Origin: Candidatus Poribacteria bacterium
GTDB lineage: Bacteria; Poribacteria; WGA-4E; PCPOR2b
Length of the DNA: 64,000 nt
Direction of reading: 5' to 3'
Assembly: GCA_965198175.1 (NCBI GenBank)
Contig: OZ240245.1
Span: 416,001-480,000 of the forward strand
Each line of letters begins with the position of its first letter. The first letter of the stretch is position 1. Of the stretch, positions 49,364-59,685 are shown piece after piece. Made by a program: the position numbers and the translations under genes. A model generated the notes under the pieces. It was not told where the DNA came from. It made no database searches and saw nothing but the letters and a program-made list of their open reading frames with translations.

Positions 49364-49576
49364 GATTTCCCACGTCGGTTTCATTTGCCCCGACGTTTCT
49401 TCGAAGCTGAATTCATCCGTCCCAACACGAGTAGGTGATTCCAAAACCTCTTGCTGTCAAGAATGTAACACATTTAAGCCGTTATTTCAAGGTGACTAGT
49501 TCATTTTTTGTCCCTTTTGGGATACATCTAAGCTCTCTTTAGCGTAGGGTAAGCACAGAGTCAATTGCGCCGATTT

Positions 49577-50359
49577 TCAAGGTTGTTTGCGTAAATCGAC
49601 TATCCGCAGAAGATGGCTTGCAAGGATTATCATCTCAACTGCTTCTTCTGCGGTAACCGGGACTTTTCTGTGACTGTGGGGATTTTTGTAATAGCCGATC
49701 GCTCCAGCAAACAGTGCTGATAGAGCCTGCTTTTCTGACTCGGGTTGATTAGGGTCGGTTAGTTTACCATTTGTAGCATTGAATGCTGTACGCATCAAAT
49801 TAGCTCCGAAATCCGTTTGGGCATAGTTGCCGGCATTTCGGACAGCTATCTCCACCTCCTTGAATGCTTGGAAAATTGCGCAATCGTAGTCTCCTCGTAG
49901 GAACAGTGACCAGACTTTTTGAGCGATTATGGGGTGCAGTTGCTGTTTAGGTAGAAGATTTCCCTTGCGATAAGCGTCGAAATCCTCGCGCCTTACCATT
50001 GTTTTGCCACGGCATGTAACGAAGAATGTATCAGCGCCTCTGACAGACGATTCGCCCACCAAACTGGTTGGTTTCGGAGCAATAAAGCCTTCGCGTTCCA
50101 ACCACTGCCAAGCCTCCATGAGCGCAAAGAGAATTTCATCGGCACGACTAGTGGGGTATTTCTCGCGCAACCCTGGCGTGGGTTCGAACGATCTGTCCAA
50201 AAGATCGTATGAGATAACATTGTCTCGACTGATGTGGTCGTTGCCCTCAAAAGATAGTAATAGCGGTCCAGCAAGTTCTTCGGGTTCAAGACTGAGCAAA
50301 TCATCGGCATTTGAAAACATCGAGAATAGCTTTGGAAATATCTGTTGAATTGGTTGCAT
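49577..50359 (-). CDS. TIGR02391 / Hypoth_Ymh family protein
   Basis: EAWQWLEREG; LHP.I......F..G.Y..AIFQAFKEVEIAVR, G..LM..AF, LFAGAIG.YKNPHSH, ILASHLLRIVD. Confidence 0.88.
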   Translation of the reverse strand: MQPIQQIFPKLFSMFSNADDLLSLEPEELAGPLLLSFEGNDHISRDNVISYDLLDRSFEPTPGLREKYPTSRADEILFALMEAWQWLEREGFIAPKPTSLVGESSVRGADTFFVTCRGKTMVRREDFDAYRKGNLLPKQQLHPIIAQKVWSLFLRGDYDCAIFQAFKEVEIAVRNAGNYAQTDFGANLMRTAFNATNGKLTDPNQPESEKQALSALFAGAIGYYKNPHSHRKVPVTAEEAVEMIILASHLLRIVDLRKQP

Positions 50360-50453
50360 GGTTACTATATTTCACTCCTCTACCCCGCAAACGCTTTGAT
50401 TGCATCTGCGGCACTTCAGAAAACAAGATATTTGTCCACCGTTAAGAACAAAC

Positions 50454-51353
50454 TCATGCCTCAAACTCGGCAAATTTACACGAATATTCAAGAAAATCTT
50501 GGAGATAATTCAAATCAATTTTGTGCTTTGTGACATCCGGAGGGTAGATTACAACGACTAATTTATCGCAATAAGTGCCAGAGGAGCACGAGGCGATAAA
50601 GGAGCGAATAATCTCAAGGAATATATCCTCTCTTTTTTCACCTAACCTAGCTTTTCCCGTACCCAAGAGGGGGATGACAATGTCGCCCTTTGAACCTTTT
50701 TCGCTAATATAGTACCAAAGCTTCGCCAGTGATTCCCTGACGTTCTCTATCGTTGTGTTCGCAACCCCGTCGTTGTTAATATGGGTGTTAGCAAGCAAGT
50801 AAAACAAGCGGTTTTTCCGATTCAACTGAATTACCGCTCCAATTGGATATTGTCGGTTTTTTCCCACTTTCTTTTGTGGCAATTCTGTGTAAGGGTAATC
50901 CTCCCTAGCCAATGCTGAGCCAATATCTAAATCAAGGTGACTAACTTCTGAATCATAAATCTGCCGGGTAAATTCGCCCTGAATGCTATGAGCTTGAGGA
51001 ATTTTCCCGTCGAAATCTGTATCGAAGGTTGTGTTAATTGGAACGACCAAATCGCCTGAAACCTTAAAAACATTCGCGATGCGGACCTCTATGGTAACGT
51101 CTCTGTTCTTCAGTTGATAACTGAAAACAGTTTTCGGACGACTCAAGAAAAAAGCAATTAGAAACCCAAGAATGGCAAACCATTCTCCCTTTGTAGATAG
51201 GCGGGGCTCAGCACTTTCCTCAAAATAAGATACAGCTTCTATAACCAACCAGATGGCGCCGAATGAAGTGAGCACGCATTTGATAAAGCCAACCCACCAA
51301 TCACGGGACAAGAAATAGTGCTTGACCAAGTAAATGTAACCATGAAATTTCAT
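50454..51353 (-). CDS. thsA: Thoeris ThsA, type II (2 TM + macro domain)
   Basis: Two N-terminal TM; macro-like VVPINTTFD, SIQG.F, YPIG, IPLLGTG; ATGA overlap with the TIR gene. Confidence 0.82.
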   Translation of the reverse strand: MKFHGYIYLVKHYFLSRDWWVGFIKCVLTSFGAIWLVIEAVSYFEESAEPRLSTKGEWFAILGFLIAFFLSRPKTVFSYQLKNRDVTIEVRIANVFKVSGDLVVPINTTFDTDFDGKIPQAHSIQGEFTRQIYDSEVSHLDLDIGSALAREDYPYTELPQKKVGKNRQYPIGAVIQLNRKNRLFYLLANTHINNDGVANTTIENVRESLAKLWYYISEKGSKGDIVIPLLGTGKARLGEKREDIFLEIIRSFIASCSSGTYCDKLVVVIYPPDVTKHKIDLNYLQDFLEYSCKFAEFEA

Positions 51354-51853
51354 AATCCCAAATTTTCATAAACTTCAAAAGAGTAGTGACGCGCGCTGGA
51401 TTTACCATCGTGCTTGAGGTTATCATATTCCGTCTTCCAGGTCTCAAGTGCATGTTGAACTATTCGTGCGTTGAAACTAACATGAACAACCAGTTCATCA
51501 CGAATTATAGGTGGACATCGGTTTTCATCTATTTGCCTTTTTCCATTCAGATTTACAGCGATTATAGGGATATCTAGCCCTAGTGCCTGTTCCATTTCCC
51601 ACCGCACGAATTTATATAGATATTGGGTGCTTTGACCAATTAGAACAATGAAAACCTTTGTATTAAGCAAACGCTGTCTTAACTTACGCTTGATAGTTTC
51701 TTCATTGCTAGTGGGTAGCAATCGATTTAGGTCGTGAGCGTTGTAAAATTGAAAGTCGGTGTTATCGTTCTGCTTCCATGCAAGCATCAAACGGTAATAG
51801 TGAATATCATTGTCTGCATCGAAGCACACATAAGTTTTATTTCGGTATGTCAT
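51350..51853 (-). CDS. thsB: Thoeris ThsB TIR-domain protein (DUF1863/MTH538)
   Basis: YRNKTYVCFDADND, F.F.NAHD, IKRKLRQRL, VLIG..T, VRWEM catalytic Glu, PIIAVNL. Confidence 0.9.
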   Translation of the reverse strand: MTYRNKTYVCFDADNDIHYYRLMLAWKQNDNTDFQFYNAHDLNRLLPTSNEETIKRKLRQRLLNTKVFIVLIGQSTQYLYKFVRWEMEQALGLDIPIIAVNLNGKRQIDENRCPPIIRDELVVHVSFNARIVQHALETWKTEYDNLKHDGKSSARHYSFEVYENLGL

Positions 51854-52014
51854 TTATAGAATCCTTTCCAACTATTATTTTGTTACAATTATTTTAACGT
51901 ATCGAGATAGTGTAATGCAAACAGAAGGTCGGTTATATCGATTGGAATCGGTTCTTCCAACGTACCTGCCACGTCAGGTGCTCTGGGTAATTCGCGTCCA
52001 CTGGTGTGATGCGT

Positions 52015-55000
52015 TCAACCGATTCGCTCATTTCCCAATCCCATCCGGTATTTGATGTCGTAGTTGATGATGAAATCTAGTTCCTCGTCAGTGAAGTCGT
52101 AGTGTTGGGCAAGGATTCGGTCCATCTTATCTATAATTGATTTAGAATGACGGGGATAGAATTTGTCATAGACGACGCGCCCCGTTGTTTGGTAATTGGT
52201 TTCCTTGCGTTGAGCGTGACGTTTGAAATCCCTCACCAAGTCAGTGACAATCGTCGCAAGACCTTGCTTAATGTGCCTATTCATTTCATTGACTCCGATT
52301 GGAAAATTCTTAATCTCGCGTAGGTTCAAGTGGCGGCAATCAGAGAGAATGACAAACCACCAAAAGAAAAGGGAACTGTTCAAAGTAGCAACGACCACGG
52401 AAGCATCTAATCTTTTTGTTAAGTACAATAGCTTGACCTGAGTCGAAACGTGCGATCCATTTCGTTCGTTCCAGAAATACGGAGCAAAGTCCATTGCCCT
52501 AATCCAGTAGCGCGGCGAGTTATGGAAATAGATCTTGTAGGAAGTCGGTTTAGTAGCAAGCCGTGTGCCTAAAACTGGGAATATGGCTAATTTTGTCCAA
52601 ATGCTCTGTTCAATCTTGCTGCAGATTTTGGGTGCCGAATTTTGAAACGACATTTGAGTGATTTCTGCGTGGTCCTTAACAGCAAAAAGATGCGATCTAA
52701 ACCGTTCATTCCATCTTTGGTAGCGAGATGAGTACAACGAGTGAGATGCCTTTGAACTCTGCTGAACGATATAGATTGCTAACCGTTGATCTGCTCCCTG
52801 AAACAACTTTGCCGGACGGATGCTATATGTTTGTACCCACCCAACTCGCCTTGATTGATGGAATAGTTCCTGAAGAGGTGACATTCTATCGGTACAGTAA
52901 GCGGAGTGCGGAATTATCATAGATTTCCAACCGTTTCGCTGGAGAAGACGTAAACTTCTTTCAAATACAAACGCATACAGATTGCCACAACTCACCGTTT
53001 CATACCCTTTAATCGTGTAATCCGCTTTAACCTTGTTATACTCGACATACGGCGGATTGCCAATGACCACGTCAAACCCGCCGTTTTTGAGAATGCCGTA
53101 AAACTCAACGAACCAGTGGAATGGCTTGTGCGAATCACCCCACTGTCGAACAAATCCTTGCTTTGCCCTCCCCTTGAGGTTAACAGACGTGATGTATTGT
53201 TCGGCAAGGTAGCGGTTGAGTTCATCTGTTAACTCGTTGAGCTTATCTTGTAACTTTTGTTTGTCAGCAGGTGTTCCAGCACCGCCCAATTCCGTCTGTT
53301 TCTGGCGAAACTTCTCAAACAGGTGCTCAACATCCTCTGCACTCTCTTTAATGCGTTGCATGGTATTGTCGAAGTCTATTCTGTTTTCGGTAACCGCTTT
53401 TTCTACCTCGTCATAGGTGGTGTACCCGACCAGCGTGTTCCCGGCTTGGATATTAAAGTCGATGTCTGGCAGGGGTTCAATATCGTCAATGTCGTCGATC
53501 TGTGCAACCATCTTGAGAAAGAGGCGCAACTTGCAAATCTCGACTGCCTCATCCATAATGTCTACGCCGTAGAGGTTGTTGATGATAATGGACTTAAGGA
53601 TGAAGTATTTGCGGTTTGCGTGTTCATCGACGCGATTAAGGATTTCGCGGAAGTCGGCATATTTCTTGAGTGGCGGTGATTCGCCGGCATACCGTAATTC
53701 GTCAAGGAAAACCTGCATTCGGTCAAGGCAGGCATCGTAGAGCGGTTCAAGGATATTGAGGGCGGCGAACAGGAATGCACCAGAGCCGCAGGTCGGATCA
53801 AGAACCGTAACCTGAATGATGGCGCTCCAGAAGGCACGCAGCAGTTCGGAACCTTCACAGTTTTCAATCACGTCCTGCGCGAATTGACGGATATTGAGGT
53901 TATAGGTAATCAGATCGTTGATTTCGTGGATTTCGCAGTTGGACAGTTTTGCGTATATTTCATTGAATCGCGCCCGGCGTGCGACCACCTCCCGCCATAT
54001 TTCTGTCGGCAAGGCGTATTCGGTAGGCGCGGACGTGTTCCATTCGGTGCGTTCCGACACGTCGTGGATACCAGCGGCGATATCTGGCGGCAAATCGAGT
54101 TTTACGCCCTTCTTTACGGCATCGTAGATGTAGCGCCTGGATTGTCTACCAGCAGTTGCCATACGGAGGCGGAGGTGTCGCTAGTAGAGCTGGTGCCTAC
54201 GGGTGGCGTAAATGCGATTTTGCAGTTTTCTCGCGCGGTATCTAGGAGGAACGGAATAATTGTGTTTTTGCTGATGTATTCGGTGATGTCCTCTTTGGTG
54301 TAGTAGGCTCCCATCTGTTTCTGGTTGATGTATTTTTCAAAGATGTAGCCGAGGACATCCGGATTTATTTCGTTATCGTTCCGCAGGGGACGGTCGTCTA
54401 GATGCCATTGGTACGCCTCAAAAAAGGTGAAAAGCCCCTCAAATGCCGCGTCAGGAATCTGAATCGTTTCCCCGTGCAGTTCCTCAAGTTGGTGCCATTG
54501 AAAGATACCGCCGTTCAGGTAGGGCACTGTTCCGATCAGCCGCCTCGCTTCTGCTTTCCGTTCGGATTCGGGTTTGGCAAACCCGTCAAAGAATAGCGGG
54601 CAGAGAAATTCGGTGTAGTAACGATTCGTGCCATGGACTTTGCACTCTGCCAGTTTCGTCTGCAAATAGTTCGAGTCGTCGTTTAGGAAGCCCTTCTTCT
54701 GGATAAAGTAGATGAACATCAGGCGGTTCAACATCACTGAGGCATACCAGCGCTGCATCTCATCGTCTGGAATCCCACTGAGGAACTTCAGAAACTGAGC
54801 GTGTTCGGTTTTGAAACGGTCATAGAATCGTTTGGTGACTCTTTCAACGTCGAATGCTGCCCGAACACGTCCGGTCACGTCCACCAGTGTGAGGCTTTCT
54901 TCCTCCTCGAGACTAAACGCAATTCTTTCGAGTTTTTGAACTAGCGCCTCACCGGATTGTTCACTGTCATAACGGTGTTCACGACATGCGAGGGGTTTCC

Positions 55001-55340
55001 CCGGTTCTCGTTTGACCGATTGCCAGATTTGCGTGGTTTTTTCAGGGTCGGTGTAGATGATGAGGTGCTCGTGGACAGATTTGGCGACTCGCCGCTGAAT
55101 TTTACTTCGCGCCGCATGGTCTGGCATACTTCCGTCGATCCTGCCCGAGCAGTGAAAGACAGCCATCCCGCGTTTTTCTGCGACCGCGGTCAGTCGATAT
55201 TCTCCGTAATCCGCCTCACTCTCTCGGATTTCAGCTTTAACTTCTTCTCTGAGGCGATCCCAGCCGAGTTCCTCAATAAAGAGGGGTTCAAATTCAAAGT
55301 CTCGCAGGCGTTGGCGGGTTATGTGCCGATTAAACTGCAT
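52015..55340 (-). pseudogene. Eco57I-like N6-adenine DNA methyltransferase, split by a 1-nt frameshift at ~54136 (ORFs 55340-54114 and 54162-52015)
   Basis: PYLNGGIF, LGYIFE, GAYYT in the first ORF; VLDPTCGSGAFL (motif I), GNPPY (motif IV) and TRD in the second; minus strand reads GAC AAT CCA GG CGC TAC ATC TAC, one base short. Confidence 0.85.
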
Positions 55341-55429
55341 CGGTGCTCTCCTCTTGCGGCAAGCCTCGCCGAATAACAGTTTGAAACTTGTTATGATAAA
55401 TCGAAACCCAACGATTTATTTGTTTATCA

Positions 55430-55494
55430 TCGGATTTAGTGTGGGTGCTGCGCACTCGACCCCCTCTAGCTCCCCCTTAGCAAGGGGGAGGATT
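55430..55494. repeat. REP/MITE-like element, copy 2 (inverted relative to 45632-45694)
   Basis: 36-nt exact inverted match plus a conserved flanking block; internal hairpin CTCCCCCTT-AGC-AAGGGGGAG. Confidence 0.85.
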
Positions 55495-55532
55495 TTTCCG
55501 AGACTTTTTTTGAAAAACTCGGTTTCGCTGAT

Positions 55533-58500
55533 TCAGGGTGCGTTTGCGGAGAGTCCCAATGAACAGATGATTTGGGGTTCTCGCGTTTCTCTTTCTCCTT
55601 CAACGATACAGAGGCGATCTTCATCGCGAAGCGCAATGACAAGTTCCGCTAGGGCTTGGTCGGAGATTCCGCTGCGAAATTGTCGATTGAGGGAATCGGT
55701 CGCGGCTTGACGCAGCGGATATTTGTAAATCTCGTCAATTGCGCGTTTCAGTTCAGGCGTGTTGAATAACTGATCTCTCACATCGTCGGCATACCGCTTG
55801 AGCCGTTCATATGTACGGTACCGCGCCCCTGATGGTCGTCCCAATCCACCGCCAATCGACCGATCCTCGGATATCATCATCTCCGCCCCTTTTTGCACCA
55901 GTTGGTGGTGTTCTGAGAGTGGCGGCAACGCCGCCGCCCCCGGTTCGCAGGCGGCGGCGCGTAGAACCGCAAACTGGGATTCTGTCACGCTATTGCCGTC
56001 GCGATCCATCCGTGCCAACACGTCGTTTCCTTCGCCGGTTCGCATATAAATCAATGCACCTTCCGGCTCCTCATCTGTTGGCAAGTGGTATTTTGTCGAA
56101 TAAACGACCGCTGGAAGCCGGGAGATTGTACGTTTCAGACTGGGATTTTCGGCAATAGCGTTATTCCAAATCTGATAGGCATAGGAGGCGAGATCGACGT
56201 CGTCGTCGGTAGCGTCGTCAAGCAAGCCCGCCTTTTCGTCGTAGAGGTTAACAATTGCGGTGGAGTCGTCATCATCTTCAAAGAACGCCTCGTCCGTGCC
56301 GACGACTTCGGCGTTCTCAAGTAGACGCGCCCGAACGCGCACGCGTAATCTGATGAGGCGCTCGACACCCTCGGCTGGCAAAAAGGAGTAGCACAGGATT
56401 CTCTCGGCTTCCTGACCGATGCGGTCAATGCGTCCAGCGCGTTGCACTAAACGTATAATCGCCCACGGAAGGTCGTAGTTTACGACGACGGAACAGTCCT
56501 GCAGGTTTTGTCCTTCACTCAGTATGTCAGTGCTGATAAGGATTCGTAACTCGTCGCTCGGCGTGAATTTGCCTCGCCTATTGTTGCTAACGGGACTGAA
56601 TCGCCACGCCAACACCGTGGGGTTTTGTGAGTCGCCTGTCACCGCCTCAATATGAGATATGCCTCGCGCAGATAGTTCATCCTTGAGATAGCGGACTGTA
56701 TCAGCGAATTGGCTGAAAACCAGGACTTTCTTATCCGGGTGGGTTTGGGTAAGTAGGTTCTCAAGCGCATTCAGTTTTTCATCGGCAGCGGCATACCATT
56801 CACCGTAGGACTGGAGGATTTTGGTCAAGTGATGCGCGTCGGACGCAAGATTTTCCCGAAGGGAATAGCGAAAGAGATCCGTACGAATCCACTTAAACCG
56901 ACTCTTATATTGCTCTGCGTAGAGCTGATAGATTTCAGCCGCTCGCGCTCTGAAGTCACCCGGTGTGTTCAAACTGCGTTGCGCTGTGGTGTCCTCTATC
57001 TCCTCGTTGTCCTCCTCAAAGGGATTAGAAATAACGTTGAGTGCATCGGAGTCTTCGTCGTAGATACGCGCATCAAGCATCTCAGCATTTTGCGCACCGA
57101 TTGGCAGTGGATGATTATTTTCGATGGCATAGAGGAAAACATGGTTTCTCAAGATGTGCCGTTCAACGGATTGAATAAACGCCCTACCGCCGCTTTCCAG
57201 ACGCTTGAAAAGGTTATTTCGACAGAAGCCTATCAGCCGTTGTCCTCCGCGTGAGAGATTCTCCAAGTGTTCCTGTTCAGCACTGGTGGGCGGGTCTGAT
57301 GGCGAATCGCTGATGTAATTTGCCAATCCGTATCGGGGCAATCTGAGGTTGCCGATGGTATTTACGACAGGTTCAGAATATAGCTGAGCATATTGGTCAC
57401 TGGGATTTTCGTCATCAATTTTGAACTTCACGGTTTTTGGAATTCGGGTTGGAAAGTATGAACGGCTTCCGTCGGGAAAGGTGAGAAACCTCCGTCCTGT
57501 TTCAGTGTCTGTTTCGGCGTAGTTTTCGGAAATGAAGCTACGGGTACGGCGGACAAGAAAGAGCCGCATCAATTCGCGCCAATCGTCAATGTATTTACTT
57601 TGTTCAAAGGCTGGAAGCGTTCGGGGACCGCTTTGGTGTTCACGAATGAACTCGGGTTCGCCGCCCAAGGATTTAATATACTGGTTTGGTCGAATCCCCA
57701 TGTCTCTATGCTCTTCGACAAACAGGCGCAATTGGTTGGAGAGATCGACGTAGTTTTTGTTGTATGGGGTTGCGGAGAGAAGGATGACCTTGCTGTCGTT
57801 CTGTTGAATGTATTCTTGAATAGCCCGGTAGCGTCTACCCTCGCGGTTTCTGAGGTTGTGACTTTCATCAATCAACACGAGTCGATAACGCCGGAGGTCT
57901 GGCAATCTATCGATTACGCGGCTCAGTGAAAGTACGGTACCCCGCAAGCCGTACTCCTGGCGGTAATCCTCCCACATTGCAACCAGATTCTTCGGACAGA
58001 TAATTAGGGTCTCAAGTCCGTAATCGTCCTCAAGAATCCGCGCGAGCGCGGTTCCCATCAGAGTTTTTCCTAAGCCGACGACATCCCCTATCATCACGCC
58101 GCCGCGTCTATTGACGTGATGCGCCGCGATTTTGACGGCAGCGGTTTGGAACTCAAACAGTTTCCCCTTAAACACGGAGGGAATCTTAAACTCATTCAAG
58201 CCGGCACGCGCTTCTTGCGACAGGTGATACGCCATCTTGATATAGATGTGATACGGCGGAATGCGTTCTTCACGCGCCCAACTCTCCTCAATAATCTCAG
58301 CGAGTTCTTTAGAGATATCGATACACCAGCGGTCCTCCCAGCGGTCTTTAAACCAATCTTTTAACTTTTCGCAGGCATCTGAATCAAGTACATCAATATT
58401 AAGTTCTCCCTGTCTTGCCAGCCCCGCCAAGGTCAGGTTGCTGCTGCCAAGATAGCCGACTATCGGATTGATTGGGTCGGAGCGGTGAATCAGGTAGAGT

Positions 58501-58922
58501 TTCGCATGGAGCGCATGACGAAGAAACCGTTTAACCTTGACCTTTTGGTCCCGTATCTGATGTGCGAGTTGGCGCAAGCCATCTTCGTCTTCGCGCGTCG
58601 GGTAGCCATATGTCAACTGTTCGCGAAACTTTTGCGCCAGTTCACGTTTCATGCGTAAGGCGCTTCGGTTGTCCATTCCATTGCCGAGTTTGTTGATACG
58701 CATCGCTTGACGGAGTTCGTCATCAGGCAACTGGTGCATTCCTACGAGGACGCGGCAGCATTCGTCTTCGCCGCCGCTCCAGGCGTCGATGTGGGCGGCG
58801 ATTGATTTCCACCCGCGCAGGTTAAAATAACCGACGCAGAAATCGGCGCGATCAGCGAGTTCGAGCGTTTCTTTTAGTGCGGGAAGCAGTTGGCGGTCTA
58901 TGTTGTCGAAGATGCGGGGCAT
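55533..58922 (-). CDS. PLD-nuclease + SNF2/SF2 helicase fusion (restriction-associated)
   Basis: FCVGYF, HAKLY...GSSNLT...ELN (HKD-type PLD); GDVVGLGKT, DESH, SATP, FSQFADT, SEGQNLQ, QRAGRIDRIG. Confidence 0.92.
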   Translation of the reverse strand: MPRIFDNIDRQLLPALKETLELADRADFCVGYFNLRGWKSIAAHIDAWSGGEDECCRVLVGMHQLPDDELRQAMRINKLGNGMDNRSALRMKRELAQKFREQLTYGYPTREDEDGLRQLAHQIRDQKVKVKRFLRHALHAKLYLIHRSDPINPIVGYLGSSNLTLAGLARQGELNIDVLDSDACEKLKDWFKDRWEDRWCIDISKELAEIIEESWAREERIPPYHIYIKMAYHLSQEARAGLNEFKIPSVFKGKLFEFQTAAVKIAAHHVNRRGGVMIGDVVGLGKTLMGTALARILEDDYGLETLIICPKNLVAMWEDYRQEYGLRGTVLSLSRVIDRLPDLRRYRLVLIDESHNLRNREGRRYRAIQEYIQQNDSKVILLSATPYNKNYVDLSNQLRLFVEEHRDMGIRPNQYIKSLGGEPEFIREHQSGPRTLPAFEQSKYIDDWRELMRLFLVRRTRSFISENYAETDTETGRRFLTFPDGSRSYFPTRIPKTVKFKIDDENPSDQYAQLYSEPVVNTIGNLRLPRYGLANYISDSPSDPPTSAEQEHLENLSRGGQRLIGFCRNNLFKRLESGGRAFIQSVERHILRNHVFLYAIENNHPLPIGAQNAEMLDARIYDEDSDALNVISNPFEEDNEEIEDTTAQRSLNTPGDFRARAAEIYQLYAEQYKSRFKWIRTDLFRYSLRENLASDAHHLTKILQSYGEWYAAADEKLNALENLLTQTHPDKKVLVFSQFADTVRYLKDELSARGISHIEAVTGDSQNPTVLAWRFSPVSNNRRGKFTPSDELRILISTDILSEGQNLQDCSVVVNYDLPWAIIRLVQRAGRIDRIGQEAERILCYSFLPAEGVERLIRLRVRVRARLLENAEVVGTDEAFFEDDDDSTAIVNLYDEKAGLLDDATDDDVDLASYAYQIWNNAIAENPSLKRTISRLPAVVYSTKYHLPTDEEPEGALIYMRTGEGNDVLARMDRDGNSVTESQFAVLRAAACEPGAAALPPLSEHHQLVQKGAEMMISEDRSIGGGLGRPSGARYRTYERLKRYADDVRDQLFNTPELKRAIDEIYKYPLRQAATDSLNRQFRSGISDQALAELVIALRDEDRLCIVEGERETREPQIICSLGLSANAP

Positions 58923-59180
58923 ATCAGACTCCTCAGAGGCGCAGTTGTTAGTGACTCATAATTATGTAACACGTTTTATTTCGGCAACCTCACCATTAGA
59001 CGTGAAAAGAGTTGGGGTTCGCGCTGCATCGTAAGAAGTTTCCAACCGTATCAGTCAACGAAGAGGTAAAGACTATCGCCCTCCCTTTTCGGTCGGTTGA
59101 TCGCTCTACCCAACCTACAAGAACTGACTCCGCTTATGTCTCAAAGAGAATTGCTGCCCTACCGCGAAGCCTCATGAAAT

Positions 59181-59222
59181 TTAGCACTCTCACTTGACAT
59201 CTGCTAAATTCTGTGGTAAACT
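59181..59222 (+). promoter_or_regulatory. CIRCE-like operator overlapping a sigma70 promoter
   Basis: TTAGCACTC-N9-ATCTGCTAA (consensus TTAGCACTC-N9-GAGTGCTAA); TTGACA (59194)-17 nt-TAAACT (59217) with TG extension. Confidence 0.7.
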
Positions 59223-59656
59223 CTCATCACAGTGACAAAGTCCGAAGCGATATTTTAGCGAATCGGACATCGCCTCCACTACCGATCTTTTAGCGTATTA
59301 TGGCGAAGGCAAAGCGAAACGTGTCATCAAGAATTTGGCCGAGTATTTTGGGATAGAAGAAAAACCCAGCAATCATAAACTGTTTGCCAAAAAATTCGCA
59401 CCTTTGAATCCCAACCGAAAGGACCGTTCAGAGCACAATCGGACCTGACACGACCAACTCGTCAGAGGGTTCAAAAATGAGCATTCTCAACTTATTTTCT
59501 CAAATGCTCACAAATGCTCAACGCCGCAAACCCGCACCCTGACTAGTATTTAGCCCATTTTCGCTTATTTTTCCATGTTTTAAATGCTCACAAAATAAGT
59601 AAATCGTATATGCAGTATTTTCCCTCTTTCAAATGCAATTTCAGCGCGACCGTTTA

Positions 59657-59685
59657 TTGACTAAATTCATAGTTTCCGCTATAAT
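59657..59685 (+). promoter_or_regulatory. Near-consensus sigma70 promoter with no downstream gene
   Basis: TTGACT-17 nt-TATAAT. Confidence 0.6.
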
